Source: Balanoglossus misakiensis
Lineage: Eukaryota > Animalia > Hemichordata
DNA length: 64,000 bases
Direction: 5' to 3'
Assembly (NCBI GenBank): GCA_040954595.2
Contig: CM082583.2
Span: forward strand, 13,490,391-13,554,390
In this document: positions 11,934 to 40,800 of the stretch, in pieces
Numbering within the stretch: position 1 is the first letter of the stretch
Layout of the letters: every line of letters starts with the position of its first letter
Translations under genes and position numbers: made by a program
Notes under the pieces: model-generated
The model's database searches: none
Seen by the model: the letters and a program-made list of their open reading frames with translations, nothing else
Told to the model about the DNA's origin: nothing

Positions 11934-13223
11934 TTTATTTATTTATATTTACTCATTTATTCATTTTTGACATGGCATACTTTGAAAGTTGGCCTCAAGG
12001 GCATTTACATGTAATGTACTGCATTAGGAAATCATTCAATTAAAATATGAATGTGAAAATAAAAAACAAAAAGGTAATAATTAATAAGAAGTCAGTTTGA
12101 ATGATCTAAAAATGTTGTGAAAGGCACAGAATTTAACACTTTATAATTATATACAGATTAATTTCCATCAAAAATTTTGGACTTTCAAAGAAAACTGTGA
12201 CATACAAAAAGTATAAAAACAATTAAAAGTTCTGACTTGAGTATGATTGCCCAGCACCTGAAGTACAAAAATGTGTTGTTGTTTTTTTCAAAAATACAAA
12301 AATATTACAAATCTTTATGTAAAAAATCACAAGATTACAGATTTCCTCTTCTAAATGAACAGCATTTTCAATATATTTCAGCACAATCTTTGTATTCTTA
12401 ACAATGATAACACATGTATGATGATTAAAAGCGACTGATTAAATAATTCTGGGCTGAAACACCTTATGTATTCAGCTGAAAATGGACGCAAGGAAAAAAT
12501 ATAGACACAAATATGACGTTATGAAGGGTATTCATTGAAGAGTATAAAAGACAAACACTACAGGGACCACTGACATTGGAATACTGACATAGATATCAGG
12601 GTTTTGGCTTATACCATCTGGATCACGGAATTCCTGCATCTTTGAATGCAAACATATTTACAGATTAAAATGTTAACAAAAATGTCACATCATTCTCAAA
12701 AATTCTGAATGTTTAAACTTACTATGAATCACTAAAATAAAGAACATAGACAAGCCTCCGCAAAGAAGCAAAAATGATTTCATAATGGACAACTGATACA
12801 AATACATTCAGCAAATTTTCAATTCTGACTCAAAGCTATGTCACTCATGTTGTTGTGATGAAGTCCATTGTATGGAAGCACTGCATCCGTTCTTGTTAAT
12901 TTTAAATTTCTCAGTACTTTCAATTTCATGAGAGGAAAGATTTAACTTAAACAAACCCTGACTAAATACAGGCAAATATACTAAAATTCAAATACACAAA
13001 GTCTGCCAGATACTTAAAAACAAACTCTCGAATTTTTTGTTCTTAAAACTGACAAATCAGAAAAAGATCTCCTTGTACTTAAAAAAATGTTATTTATCAC
13101 CAAAAAATCATTTTATTGAAAAAAGCTGCTGATATTTGACACCCCTTCTATGTTATAGAAAAAGAAGGCTGGAGAGATAAGGCTGTATTGGACCAACAGT
13201 CAGAAGTTGTACAAGAAACGTTT

Positions 13224-28481
<15,258 letters not shown>

Positions 28482-28639
28482 TCAAAGCTACAACTCATAC
28501 CACTACTTGCTGTATGCAAAAAAAAACAACACAAATCGTAAGTATATATAAAACAATAAACTTATATTATAATTAGCACACCAAACATCACCGCGTGTGT
28601 GTGACTATACGATAGAAACTAACACAAAATTATACTTAC

Positions 28640-29210
28640 GAGTACACGCTTGTTTTTCGAACTAAAATTCTATAGAATGAAACAGTTGCGGGTCATTTGT
28701 TGGACAAATGCGCCTAATGTTCAAGCATTCACTACACGTCTCAAAAACTTCTAACTTTCAAAACTACCGCCATTCGCAAGATCCAGTCACCAAGAGGAAA
28801 GCGTATGATCCTTAGATGTACGTAAGATGGAGATAGAGAGGCCTTCGGTTGAAACGGTTGGTTTGAATGCATTAAAACAGTCAACCGACAGTAGCTCTTT
28901 CCCTTACAGATGCACTGAATTCTGAAGTATTTTTGAATGTGGAAGTCCAGACGACTTGTTGCAACTTGCTTTGTAACCGATGCCCTGGACAAGTTTGACG
29001 ATCGGCATTCCCGTGTTGGCAAAATAGTATATTTGCTTCAATAACAAAATATACGCAGGATCGCCCAGGCGGACAACACTTTAACAGATTTCACTAACCA
29101 AAAATACAGCCAAGTTTATCAAAGCAGAGAAAGCAGACACTTACCGTTGACAACAACATGACGGAAAGATGAACTTCATGAGCGCCGCCATGTTTGACCC
29201 GCGCAACGGT
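28640..29210 (-). promoter_or_regulatory. CCDC171 promoter region with two candidate non-coding/alternative first exons
   Basis: Locally CpG-enriched. Minus-strand GTAAGT donors lie just below 28640 and 29145, and there is a YY1-like AACATGGCGG (plus-strand CCGCCATGTT, ~29186-29195). An acceptor at 28510-28511 precedes the ATG exon. Confidence 0.5.
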
Positions 29211-30320
29211 TGTAAATAAATACCATTCTTATGCAAATTGGTTTGTATAGAAACAGTTTCACAAGACTATTGCAGGTGAATGAATACGCATAAATGAATT
29301 GCGAAATTTTAGAAAGGAAAAAAGTACAACAAACCTTTAAAACACAGAAGCTTGTCAACTAAATTATAAAGGTTGCACTTCACGTAGCACATAGCACTGT
29401 TGCTACTACTGATGGAGCCCCCTAGAGTTACGATGTGCACGTCTTTTGTTTTACCTTCTATCCACCGTACCAGACGATTCAGTTGTGTGCGGGCGCTACT
29501 GCAATGCCTAGTCGGTCTTCATAGCGGCGCCTACATAGGACTGATTCTTTCAGTTTAAGGCGACCTCTGACTTGTTTTACAATTTTTAATGAGGTACCCA
29601 TGCAGAACCACAAGCTTCTTTATCACCACATTCCCTGCTGTACTAGATTTTAACTGCACTAAGAATTGGTACTAGTGTATTCAGCCATGACATTTTTGTC
29701 CACGGAAAATGTAGCACCAAATTGAAACACACATTTCATTATATGAACACTAATTGAAATGCTCATGAACATGTCATTTTTAATAATATACTTCATGCCA
29801 GGATCACTGGAAATTTGGGTCATGGAGTAGAGTATATACTTCTCAAACATACTAGGTGACTGCCAACATAGGTTCATTGGACTATCGTACCACACCCTGA
29901 CATTCAATGGAGACTTTGATGCAAAGGTTTCCCCATGTAGAAACTAAACTTTATCTCAACAAATTAGTTTTATCTTCACTATTTATATCAAATTCAAGTT
30001 TGCAACCAAGATCATCATGTTTAGACACACACAGTTAATCATTTTACATAACATGATGCATGGAGACCCCCTTTATAACTTAGTGACAAAAATAACTACT
30101 GGTTGACAGGTTCTATTGAAGTTACATTTTGATTGTAGTGCAATATGTTCCACTGAATTCCACCATTAAAACCTATTGCATTTCCCTTGATATTTACCTT
30201 ATAGAAACTCCAAAGGTCTCAAGGGTCAAAGTTGACCAATTCACAGGCACACACACAAACCATGTACGATTGCACTCCACAAAACACACAATAGCGATTG
30301 AACAGTTTCTTGTACAATTA

Positions 30321-30326
30321 TTTATT
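30321..30326 (-). terminator. Probable polyadenylation signal (AATAAA) of tropomyosin
   Basis: TTTATT on the plus strand ~1.45 kb past the tropomyosin stop. It is followed on the minus strand by a GT-rich downstream element (plus-strand CACACACAAAC/AAAACACACA at 30248-30290). Confidence 0.55.
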
Positions 30327-31783
30327 GGTGGCTTAACAAACAAGGCAAAATATTTGGAAAGAAAAGCACTGAGAAATTTTTATCCTTATCACTACTGAAA
30401 ATAAAACAAGGAAATAGAAAAAAAGGCATGCATTCTTGTAAGTTTTGTAATTCCTTGCATAAACTGGATGACAAACTTGTTGGCTACCCACACTACCCTA
30501 CAATGCCTTTGGAAAAAATTCATGCCCACTGTAGATTTTTTTGGTTACATTAATAAACATCTACTCACTCCTAATATTAATTTAATGAATATATAATACT
30601 TCTAAAGTTGACGCAGTGAACCTAGACAGTTCCTTATCTACCTTAAAATGTGACAAAGTTATACATCCTTTCATCAGGATGGTCAAAGGTTAAATGGTCA
30701 CAATATCGGTATATGATGGTAAGACATATTTCAGGAATTTTAATAATTTTATCATCTTCAAAATGAAGTAGGAGACAAGAAATATTTATTCAATAAAGTA
30801 AAAAAATAAGAAAGCCTATCCCCTACTCGTAGGTTTGCAAGGTTCTGTGACTTCAATTTGGTGCCAGTTTGCCCCTGCACATTCCAGCTGACATCTCTGT
30901 TCAAATAATGCACTCTGCTAAATGCCAATGGATTGTGATGGTGCAACCACAGTAATGGAATTATCTACAACATAGACACGGGGGAGGTCCAGCCACGAAA
31001 TGAGCAGAAGCAAACTGGATGTGCCACTGCTGGGACACCAAGGGTCCACTGGCAAGACTACACAAGTACCACTTTTACACATCTACAAATTTACAAGACT
31101 ATTCTGAAGACGTTGACAGTGAAAATGACAGATTGAACAAGAGACTTCCCCCTTCTACGACAAATCTCATGTCTGCAAAATATACTATTTGCTCTTTAGC
31201 TTCTCTCTGGGTTTTATCTTTATTCCATTGTAGTGTCCAACATTATTACATTATTTTATTGATTGGGCAAAAGAAAAGTTCACTGATGAAATCAAACTTG
31301 ATCCACCCCTATATTCTCATATTTGGAATAGTCTTATATTCTGCAGCAGAACGAGGTTGAGACCATATGAGAAAACGGATGCTTATATGGACAATTAGGA
31401 AAACTTCATGATTTCCATGTAGAATTTTCAACAATGAAAATTGACATAATGAAAATTTCACCAGTGAGCAAATCAAACTTAAAAAAATAATATGGGAATT
31501 TCTATATTAATTTTTACTACAAAAAATGACCCTTGCTAAATTTTAGAAATATGCAATCTGAAAACAGGTAAGCATGTTACTTAACAGCTGAATATTTTCA
31601 AACTATTTCGTCAATTGTATAAAAATTTTGGCTGTTTTTCACATAATGTCAACACTGCCTAAACAGAAATTCAGCATGCTGATAAAAAAGCAGTGGTTTT
31701 TGTGTGTTTTTTTTTAATCTTGTCTGTTGTAATTTTCTGTGTACAGTTTCCACTGGCAGTTGCAGAGAGATGTATCAAAGTTA

Positions 31784-31866
31784 TTACATAGCACTCAAAT
31801 CTGCTAGTGTCTGATCCAGCTCATCACATACTGCCTTGTACTTCTCCTTTTCATTGTACACTTCAT
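31784..31866 (-). CDS. TPM: Tropomyosin terminal exon 9 ([27 protein letters not shown])
   Basis: 83 nt including TAA. Resembles the muscle-type C-terminus (KYKAISEELDHALNDMTSI in vertebrates). Confidence 0.94.
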
Positions 31867-34800
31867 CTGTTGATGTAAAAAGAACACAAAGGAAAATTAG
31901 TCAAACAAACCTTCAAAATCCAGAAAATTAAACACATTATTAACAGACAAGCATGTACCACACGGAGGCATGAACCGACAACTATTATGACTCAATGCCC
32001 TGATAACACAGTTTGGACACAGTTACGGTCATTTGGAATGTACCGATGCCACACAGCCAAAAATACACTAAAACGTCACCATCCAAAGTAATGAGCTCTT
32101 TATTACCAATTACTTTATTTGAATTGTTTCTATGACATGTGGTAAATACTTTCACAACCCTCAAATATTTGACTGGTGACATTGAAAATTTCACAGATGC
32201 CAAACAACATTTTCTGACCTATGAATTTCATACGAGCTAGGAATCCAGGCATTCCTCCAAGAAGACATTTCCTGTCATTTTCAAAATTCCAGAAAGGCCA
32301 AAGATGCTTATGATAAAGGAATGACCTGAAATCATTCACATGCCTGGCTGTCACAAAAATACTGCTAGCAAAACGTCTCACATAATGTGTTCTTTCAGTT
32401 GCTTTCATACATGATTAACCAAGTTTTTTCTATATACTAAACTTACTATATAGTAAATTAATGTTTTCACTTTTTTAATGTAATACTGAATTACTAAGCA
32501 AAAATCTGCATTTGCTGAATAAAAAAATTACTACAGGAAAAACAAACCTCAATTTGACAATCATGTTACACTGACTAGGATGTAATTCTACACATAAATA
32601 TTATTTCCATATTTCAGAGGTCCACCTTTTATGTTCCTGATATCCAAAGGTCACACATTGACCTTTCAACAGGCAGCTGTTCTCTAACGCTGTTTCTAAA
32701 ACTGGCCATTTCCATATATGGTCACTGCCCTCTATAGCTCTATCCAGGGTAAAATATTCTATTCTTGGCTCAGAAATACATAGAAGGCTAACTGTAAACA
32801 GACTGCTCCTCTGTGACACAGATTTAATCATACTTTCCCATGGAATAACGTTAACACCACAAACATGTCCACTTTTGATAATTACTGGTTTTGAAACTGA
32901 TTTTCATGTATGAAAGTTTTTGAGAGAAAAAATGTGGCATTATTACATAGCATCAGCCAATACACACCCACACACACCCACAGCCAGCCAGTCAGACATT
33001 TCTAACACATGCCATCGCTGAAAGACCCTGGGCCTCAACCATGAAAAATACAGAGATATTGGCTTACAGCTAAAAGACACAAACACAGCAACCAGACACA
33101 CACAGAACCCCCCCCCCCCACACACACACACCCAGACCCCCCCCCCCCCCCCCCCGCCCACACACACAACCAATCACATACCCTCAAGCTCCTCATTCTG
33201 TTTCTCCAGTTTCTGCACTGATCGTTCAGCAAACTCAGCACGTGTCTCAGCCTGCAAAGAAAGAGAATGGCATGATGGGTAATTTACTCGCCAAACTTAC
33301 ACAGCAGTATTCCCTCAAATTTGACCTTAAAGAATTTTTTATAAAAACTTACCATCAAAACTATGTCAGAAAATGTGATGGTTCTGAGAGTTTGCAATTC
33401 AATAAAATGTTCAACTTAGGTTACTAGAATAAATCCAAAGACTGTCATTGAGTTCTCATGTGTATCATCAATGGCGGGAAATCCTAGCTCTAATTTGCTA
33501 TTTTGCTAATCTATTTAAGTCATAAAACTGTTGAAAACAAGAAGGCTTGTCACAGCAACAATATCAACTCGGTCAAGAACCTTGAAATTGTTGAAACTCC
33601 CCAGTATTTCAGACCCCAACATTCAGTGTTTCAAATGTCACAAATTTTATAAATTGATCATCTGAGTTGATATCAATGCTGAAACGAGTTTCTACTTTAT
33701 CAACAAAAATAACATATCTGGCATTGGAAAAATAATAATCAAAACTCAGTGAAATGTCCTCCTTTCTGAGAAAAAAAATCATAGATCTCAAACAAGTTTG
33801 AACAGCTGAGGAAATACTGCTGAAGGTCTCGAGTACAATACTGAAAAATGCAATAGGGACAATTAATGTATCTTCTTTGTGTTAATTGCTTTGATTTGAC
33901 AGTAGTATGAAAAAGTTATAAGCCAAACACTGTAAGCAATACCATTAGGTCATTCAAAAATCTAAGTACTAATAGGTAGAGGCTTCAAACATTGTGTAAA
34001 AAACACTTTCCATCTTTCTGGAAAAAAGGGAATTGTCGGATGCCTAACTTTCAGGGAAAAGATTGTTCAGAGTTCTGGCTTGCAAATTTTCCATGCTGTG
34101 TTTTCACAAATATTGGCAGATGATTTCATATTCCTGATATTACAATAACAAACTTCACTGAATTTATCTGAAAATTCTTTTCTAAAATTAGCACACACAC
34201 TAGATCTAAATCTCTCTGAAAACTTTACACTCTAACTTACAAAAGCTTGAAAATTTCACCTCACTTATACCAAAACCTATGGGGTCTTTGCTCTTTCTGT
34301 ATATTTGAACAAAATAGCGTTATAAATTTCCAGCAAAAAAGTCCCCCTAGATTCTGGGAAAAGGTCTACATTTGGCCAATTTCTCAAACTTTTGCTATTC
34401 ATCTAAACCAAAGGTGGCTATTTATGTTAAAACACTCTGCAGAAGATGTCTACAAAAAATCTATAAATCATATTCCCACATGGAAACTGACAAGGCATTC
34501 ACACAAAATGTACAAAATTGATATGGACAAAAAAAAGAAATATAAATATACAAAACTGTGCAATATGAAAAAAAGTATGTCATAAATCATTCTGACATGC
34601 TGGAGTACGCATAAAAAAATGTACCACAAAAACGACACTGAACTGTAAATAAGGTTACAAATGAAACTGATGTTATACATCTAGGCCATTAGAAGTTAGA
34701 TGAAGGGGGCAACAATAGTAAAATTCAGGGCTGTCCTGACTACAGACACAACTTGGGACATCTCATTTCAAGTCAGTAAAGTTGGTGAGCGATAAGACCC

Positions 34801-37800
34801 ACCTCCCTCAGATTTGAACAGTGCTTGAGCAACAAACACTGACTGAGTATGAAAGTATATAAAAAACCACACCTAGACATGCATTTGGCCATGCAGGGCG
34901 GGACAAATACATAGCCATGAAATGTCTAAACAACTACACCAAGTGGACAGTGCTGTTTAAAAAATAGCTGGCTAAAACAGCCATCGCAGAAGACTGTCTT
35001 CAAGATGGAGAGAACCACATCCACATAGAAGTGTATATGTACAACCCCAAGAAGAAAGACAGACTGACCACGAGAACTGACCATCTTGTTTAATAAAAAG
35101 CACTGAAGATCATTGGCACAGCTGCCAAGTTGTGTCAATGTCATGCAGTTAATCAGCTAGAGTATGCCACCGAATTTTACTACTATCTGGTTTTGCAGTT
35201 TTGCACAAACCTCCTTCAACTTCTCCTCCAGGACTCGGATTTTTTCTTCATAGGTAAATTCCCGCTCTGAGGCTTTCTCCTCGCTGACTTCTAGGGATTT
35301 CAGATTGTTGGCTACCACCTTCAATTCTTCTTCAAGCTCAACTACTTTACTGTTGATTAACAATGAAAGATTCAATATCAGCTGTCAATTTCAATTCACT
35401 ATGATGGACGGAAAAACTTTAATCTGGCATCATAACACAGCAATACATAAAGTGAGCTATGTTTTTAGAATGAGATATAACAAATGATCTTTGATCATCT
35501 CATTACATTGTAGTGATCATCTTTGTGTTTTTTTTCTATTTCATGACAACTTACGCTTCTGCAACTTCAGCACGCTCCTCAGCACGTTCCAGTTCACCTT
35601 CCAAGACAAGCACTTTACGAGCACACTATGTATGGCAACATGTCAAAATAAAACAAGGCAGTGGATAGAAACAAGAACAAAAATACTTGTTATTGTTAAG
35701 TCAATTAGGATCAATAGCAATATCAATAGGTAAATTCAAGTCTGACCAGCTGTGATTTGATATAACTTCTTCAGTATTTGAAACAAACAAGTTTGACCTT
35801 TGTGGGGTTTTTAAACTGAAAGAATACAATAAAAATATACATTGTATGCAATTTGTTTTTTACCAATTGCATATCAGGCTTTCCCCAGGAGATATACAGT
35901 TCCCTATTCCAAAGCCCAACTTTAACATCTCCAAGGCATGCATAATATCTTAAACAGAAAGTAACTGAGGTGATTCTTGACCCATTGCATAAAATCATCA
36001 GAAAACAGGCACTTTCACCAACAAGCCATCAGTACAAATCAAATCCCAAATAAACAATTCTATGTCTACAACAAAACAAAAGATAAATATAAAAACCCTA
36101 ACTCAATGGGATTTCAGAGGGACACTGTGTTATCAACATCTCACTTCCCTGACTCACATGCACTCAGTAAATAGTTAATATGACTCATATCATGCAGGTA
36201 TTAACAAATCTTTACATGAACTTCCCATCATGTAATGGTTTGGTCGGTGGGTAAGTGCAAATCTCGGCTTAACCACTCTGAATTAGGGATGTTGGATGCA
36301 GAGTCCCTCCTTAATCAAGCAATGAGTAGGGATTACCTTAATTAAAGCAGTTAGAGAGTTCACCGAGTCTCATCCAACATAAGCACTAATGGGCTAGCAC
36401 GGTGGAACAAATCAGAATTAACACCAAAACAAAAAAATAAAACAAAAATACCATACCTAGGTTTTACATGCAAAGGACTGTGCAGGGTCAGGCTTCTGGT
36501 TAAAAAAAAACTTTGTGTTTCGCAAAGGAGTGAGAATTGTCAAAGGGAATGTATTTAGAGAATAAAAAAATTGGAGAAGAAGGTGATGATTATGATAATG
36601 ATGATGATGAAGATGGTGATGATGATGATAGTGTAAGTTGCCACTTCAATCTGTAAATACTCTACCTGGTCTATGTTGAGCTCCATGCACAAGACTGTCA
36701 AAACACACCGGTTAGTGTGAAAGCACACTCCTATTGGTCAGTAGAACTTGCCTTGCTCAAAACATAAATGAATGAAAGGATGGGGAGTGTGGACAGGGAT
36801 GTGAAGTCGCTGTAAAAGGATTAACTCTCACAGGATTTTCATCATTACATCTAACCAGCATTTTGTTTGAGCATATCAGTAATAACCATCCAAGACTAAT
36901 TAAATCATCTCTGGCCAAGCTCTAGCAAATCAAACTAACTATTCAAAAACCAAAACGAAATCAATCCAAATCCATGAAGCAGGTCATGATCTGGCAAAGA
37001 ATGGCCAAAACGAAACAAATTTGAAATTTGGCACAGAATGACCTATTTACACAATTTGAGTCCATTTCAAAAAGTCTTATAATTCACTTTATAACTGAAG
37101 AGAACTATATGTCTAATTTGTCTACATCATTCCACAATGGATGGTGCAGTGTCACAGGGCACCAATCTGATTTGGACAAGGTCAACTCAGAAAACACAGG
37201 AATGAGCTCTTCACATCAGAAAAGGTGATGGCAATTAATGTAGATGTAATACTCTTCATGCAGGGTTATTTGATGCCAGTGGTTGTGTTTGTTGATTCTC
37301 TTCTCATCTACTCAGAATCTTTCCATTTTGCCCAGATTTTCCACCCAACATTGAGAGAAATATTAATCCTTTTACAGTAACTGGATATATTTTCTACGAC
37401 AGAAAGACCTTTACCTCCTCAAATTTGTTGTCACATTCCTCAGCCATTTTTCTGGCGCCAGCAACATGATTTTCTAAATCTGCGATCTAAGTTTAAGAAG
37501 TAAAAGATAGGAAGAAGAAGAAGAAGAAAGGATGAAAGACCATGAATCCCACAACCAAATGGATTTGTTGAAAATGGTTACCTCTGAGTACTTGCATTCT
37601 GCTTCTTCGCCCATCAACCGTGAACGTTTCAGCTGCTCGTCAAGAAATATTATCTATAGAGGTAGGGAAAGTAATATTAGTTAGCACAGAGTCTCTACCA
37701 ACTCTGTTTCACCGTGGTTTTATTACCTCTTCGTATTTGCGATCAGTCTCATCGGTGATTTTCTGTGCTTCCATTTTTTCCTTTTCGAGTTCACCTATCT

Positions 37801-40800
37801 GCAAAGACAAATTTGGCAGATTATTTCAATGACACTGCAAACAGCTATAAAGAATGCACACATCTATGTTAGTAGGGTTCAGGGAATTATGGGGTATGGT
37901 GAGAGAAGCGTATCTCCTTCACAGAATGTGAAACCATGTTGATGATTGGTCTTCTACAATCAATGCAGCAGGTGTTAGTAAAGTGTTGGGAAAGAGGAAA
38001 GTTCTATGACCCTGTTAACCCCATGGCATAATAGATTGGTCTTAAATCCCCACTGAAACCAATGAGACTATCAACCAGAGCATAGATATGATAGGGAGAG
38101 CAGAATGCATAAGCAGGTTGTGCTGTTTCTTCTTAGAGGAGGAGACTATAAAACAGATGATCTCCTTCTGTCACTTTGCATTTCACAAATTTCATTTGGA
38201 TAAATGATGACACAGTCCTCTCTGATAGAAATTTTGCCCTGCAGGGATATATCTAAGATATCAATGTCCAGGGTATGAAGTATCATGCAATTGAGATTAC
38301 ATGCAGGTCAGGTTTATCACTCTCACCATACTCTAAGAGTAACCTCACACACTGTGCTGTTCTCTTTCACAAAATCATCAGCATTTATTAACACAACACT
38401 CTCGAGCTCTGTTAGGATTTAATGGACATTTTTTTCAAATTAAACAACATAAACTCTTGTATTCAAAGCAACACGTCATATTTTAGAATCTAAGGGGCAT
38501 TGTCATCACCAGAGGATCCAAAATGTTTGTATGCAATTTAATGCTGCACAACATGAAGCAATGGTGTGATATGCTGCCCTCTACAGTCACAAATATGACA
38601 ATGTCTTTAGGTTTTAGTTGTGATTGTTAGCCAGTTTTCTACATTTACACAGCAAGAAAGACAACCCTTACGAAAATTCACCGAAGGAGAAACCTAAGCA
38701 GTGGAAGAACTTTGAAGGAATTATCAGCTGTCTGAGAGAACTTCATTCTTCATTTTCCAAAAGTGAAGTGATTCAGGTTGGATGACACCATCCCATAATA
38801 TGAAATGGTAAAATTGAACATAAAGACAGAGGAAAGCTGTAAATTGGAGAAATGAAAGCAAAGAGAATAATAGAAAACTTGTCTGAAAACAAAGTTGAGA
38901 GTTTAGTACACGCTGAACACTAAGTGATGTAATGCTTTGAGGAGTTGAAGTGAAGTCTTTCAAGTTCCATCTTCCATCACACGCTATGCATACATACATC
39001 ACACTTGCAAGATATGTATTGCAATAAATGATTGAAATTTTATGGCTATAAATAATGTATGCAAAGGAGAAAAGAACTGGGGATTCAAACCAGCTGTGTA
39101 TACAATGGCATTTAATTGTAAATCTTCACTGATTCTCTTTATTCTGGTATCTGACTGAAAAATGACTGGATCAAATAAGTCTGCACAGTTGGTCTGTCTT
39201 CCCAGCATATCTGTTTGTAAACTTGTAGGATGACAGTTTTGAAAAAGACATTCAAATGACCTTTTAGCAAAGTCAAACTTGACAATGCCCTTCTCTATGA
39301 CCCTGAAAAGAAGACATTTTAACCTCTCAACCTAGGACAAATGATGAAATACCCATACTGGTCTCATCAGTGTTCAGACAGTTGACAGTAACACTTTGCA
39401 TCTCAGTATAACTTTGACGTGACCTCATAAAGGTGTCCATGAAAATTCAAAGCAAGCCCAGCTTTCCACAATCAATGAACAATCCAAGGTTTTTCTGGAG
39501 TATCTCTGTCTCTACAGGTACAGAACACAATTTCCAAACTATAGACAACTTTATCAAGTGTGAAAGACTCCGAAATACCACCAGATTTTTTTATGTCAAC
39601 CATATTGATCATAAATGCTGACACAGCTGATTTGAATCCCGCTTTGAAATCTTTTGACAGAATTTTAAAGGAATAGATTCAGAAAACTTTAAAAGATTCT
39701 GTGAACACAGTTCTAAGTGAAATGTAAGCCACCCTTGACTTAATAGAAATTTAGAATATGAGAAAACACTTTTTCCAATATGTGGTGTGATCTGCAGAAT
39801 GGAACATTATGATAAATTGTGTGATCATATTATAATGTCCTAATAATACAAAGAAAATATAATTAAATGTCATTAATACATAGAAACTGTATGATATATG
39901 AGAGCACTTAACAGAAACAAGGCTTGTAGGCATTAAAGTGTGTAAGGTCAGCTAGAGGAGATCGAAGGTCAAATATATACAGTGATTTTCAGAAGAGACA
40001 AAGGTTTAATACAAAGACATGGATTGATCTCAATCAGAGTCATACGCAAAGAAATATAAAATAGGTAGAACAGAATAATAGATATGCAGCTATAATGTGA
40101 TATTTGTATATGAACAAAGAATGTACATAGGTGTAACTTGAATACATATGTAAGTGGCAATTTGTGTAAAATCTTGCTTACCATTCATCAGCATGCAATT
40201 TAGGAAAACAGACTTACCCTATCATCATCATTTATTCCCCTGTTTTCAAGCACTTTCCTTGCTCTAGAAAAAGGGATAAAAATGAAAAATATCAGAGAAT
40301 GTTCTTCACAAAACTAGGTAACACTGCTTGGACATTGTACTTGAGTTTGGCATTCTCTGCCATTGATGTTGGCATTGTCAACATTAGAGATGGCAGACCA
40401 AATATGACTAGACTACATTTTGTGTGTTATCTGACAGTGCAACAAACATTTTAACTTTATTGATAGGATTAAAAACAAATATGTCAGTCCCCACAATTGA
40501 TAAAAAGGTACATGACATTGACTTGAACAAATATGTTCATACATGCTTCAGCAGCAACATACAAATAATCTTTATAATATTTCCATCAAAATTCTGTATT
40601 GTCAAACATTCACCAGATCAAACTTTAAACAGACAACCCCAAGGTCCATTAAAAAGCTAACTATGGCTGAAGAATATGACTTCCCATTCAAAAGTTATTG
40701 ATCAATTTTAATATGAATGTCTGCATATCAAATTTCCTTGAACACAAATGAATTTTTATTTTTACAGAAACAGACACACAAATCAGAGGTCAAACTGAGA

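Noticed and set aside
32943-33173. Gly/Val/Cys-rich ORF ending LADAM*, resembling the tropomyosin end LSAM*; possible alternative last exon
   Set aside because: Derived from poly-G/GT low-complexity sequence. The nearby AG acceptors give only short non-coiled-coil peptides in the exon 8 phase.
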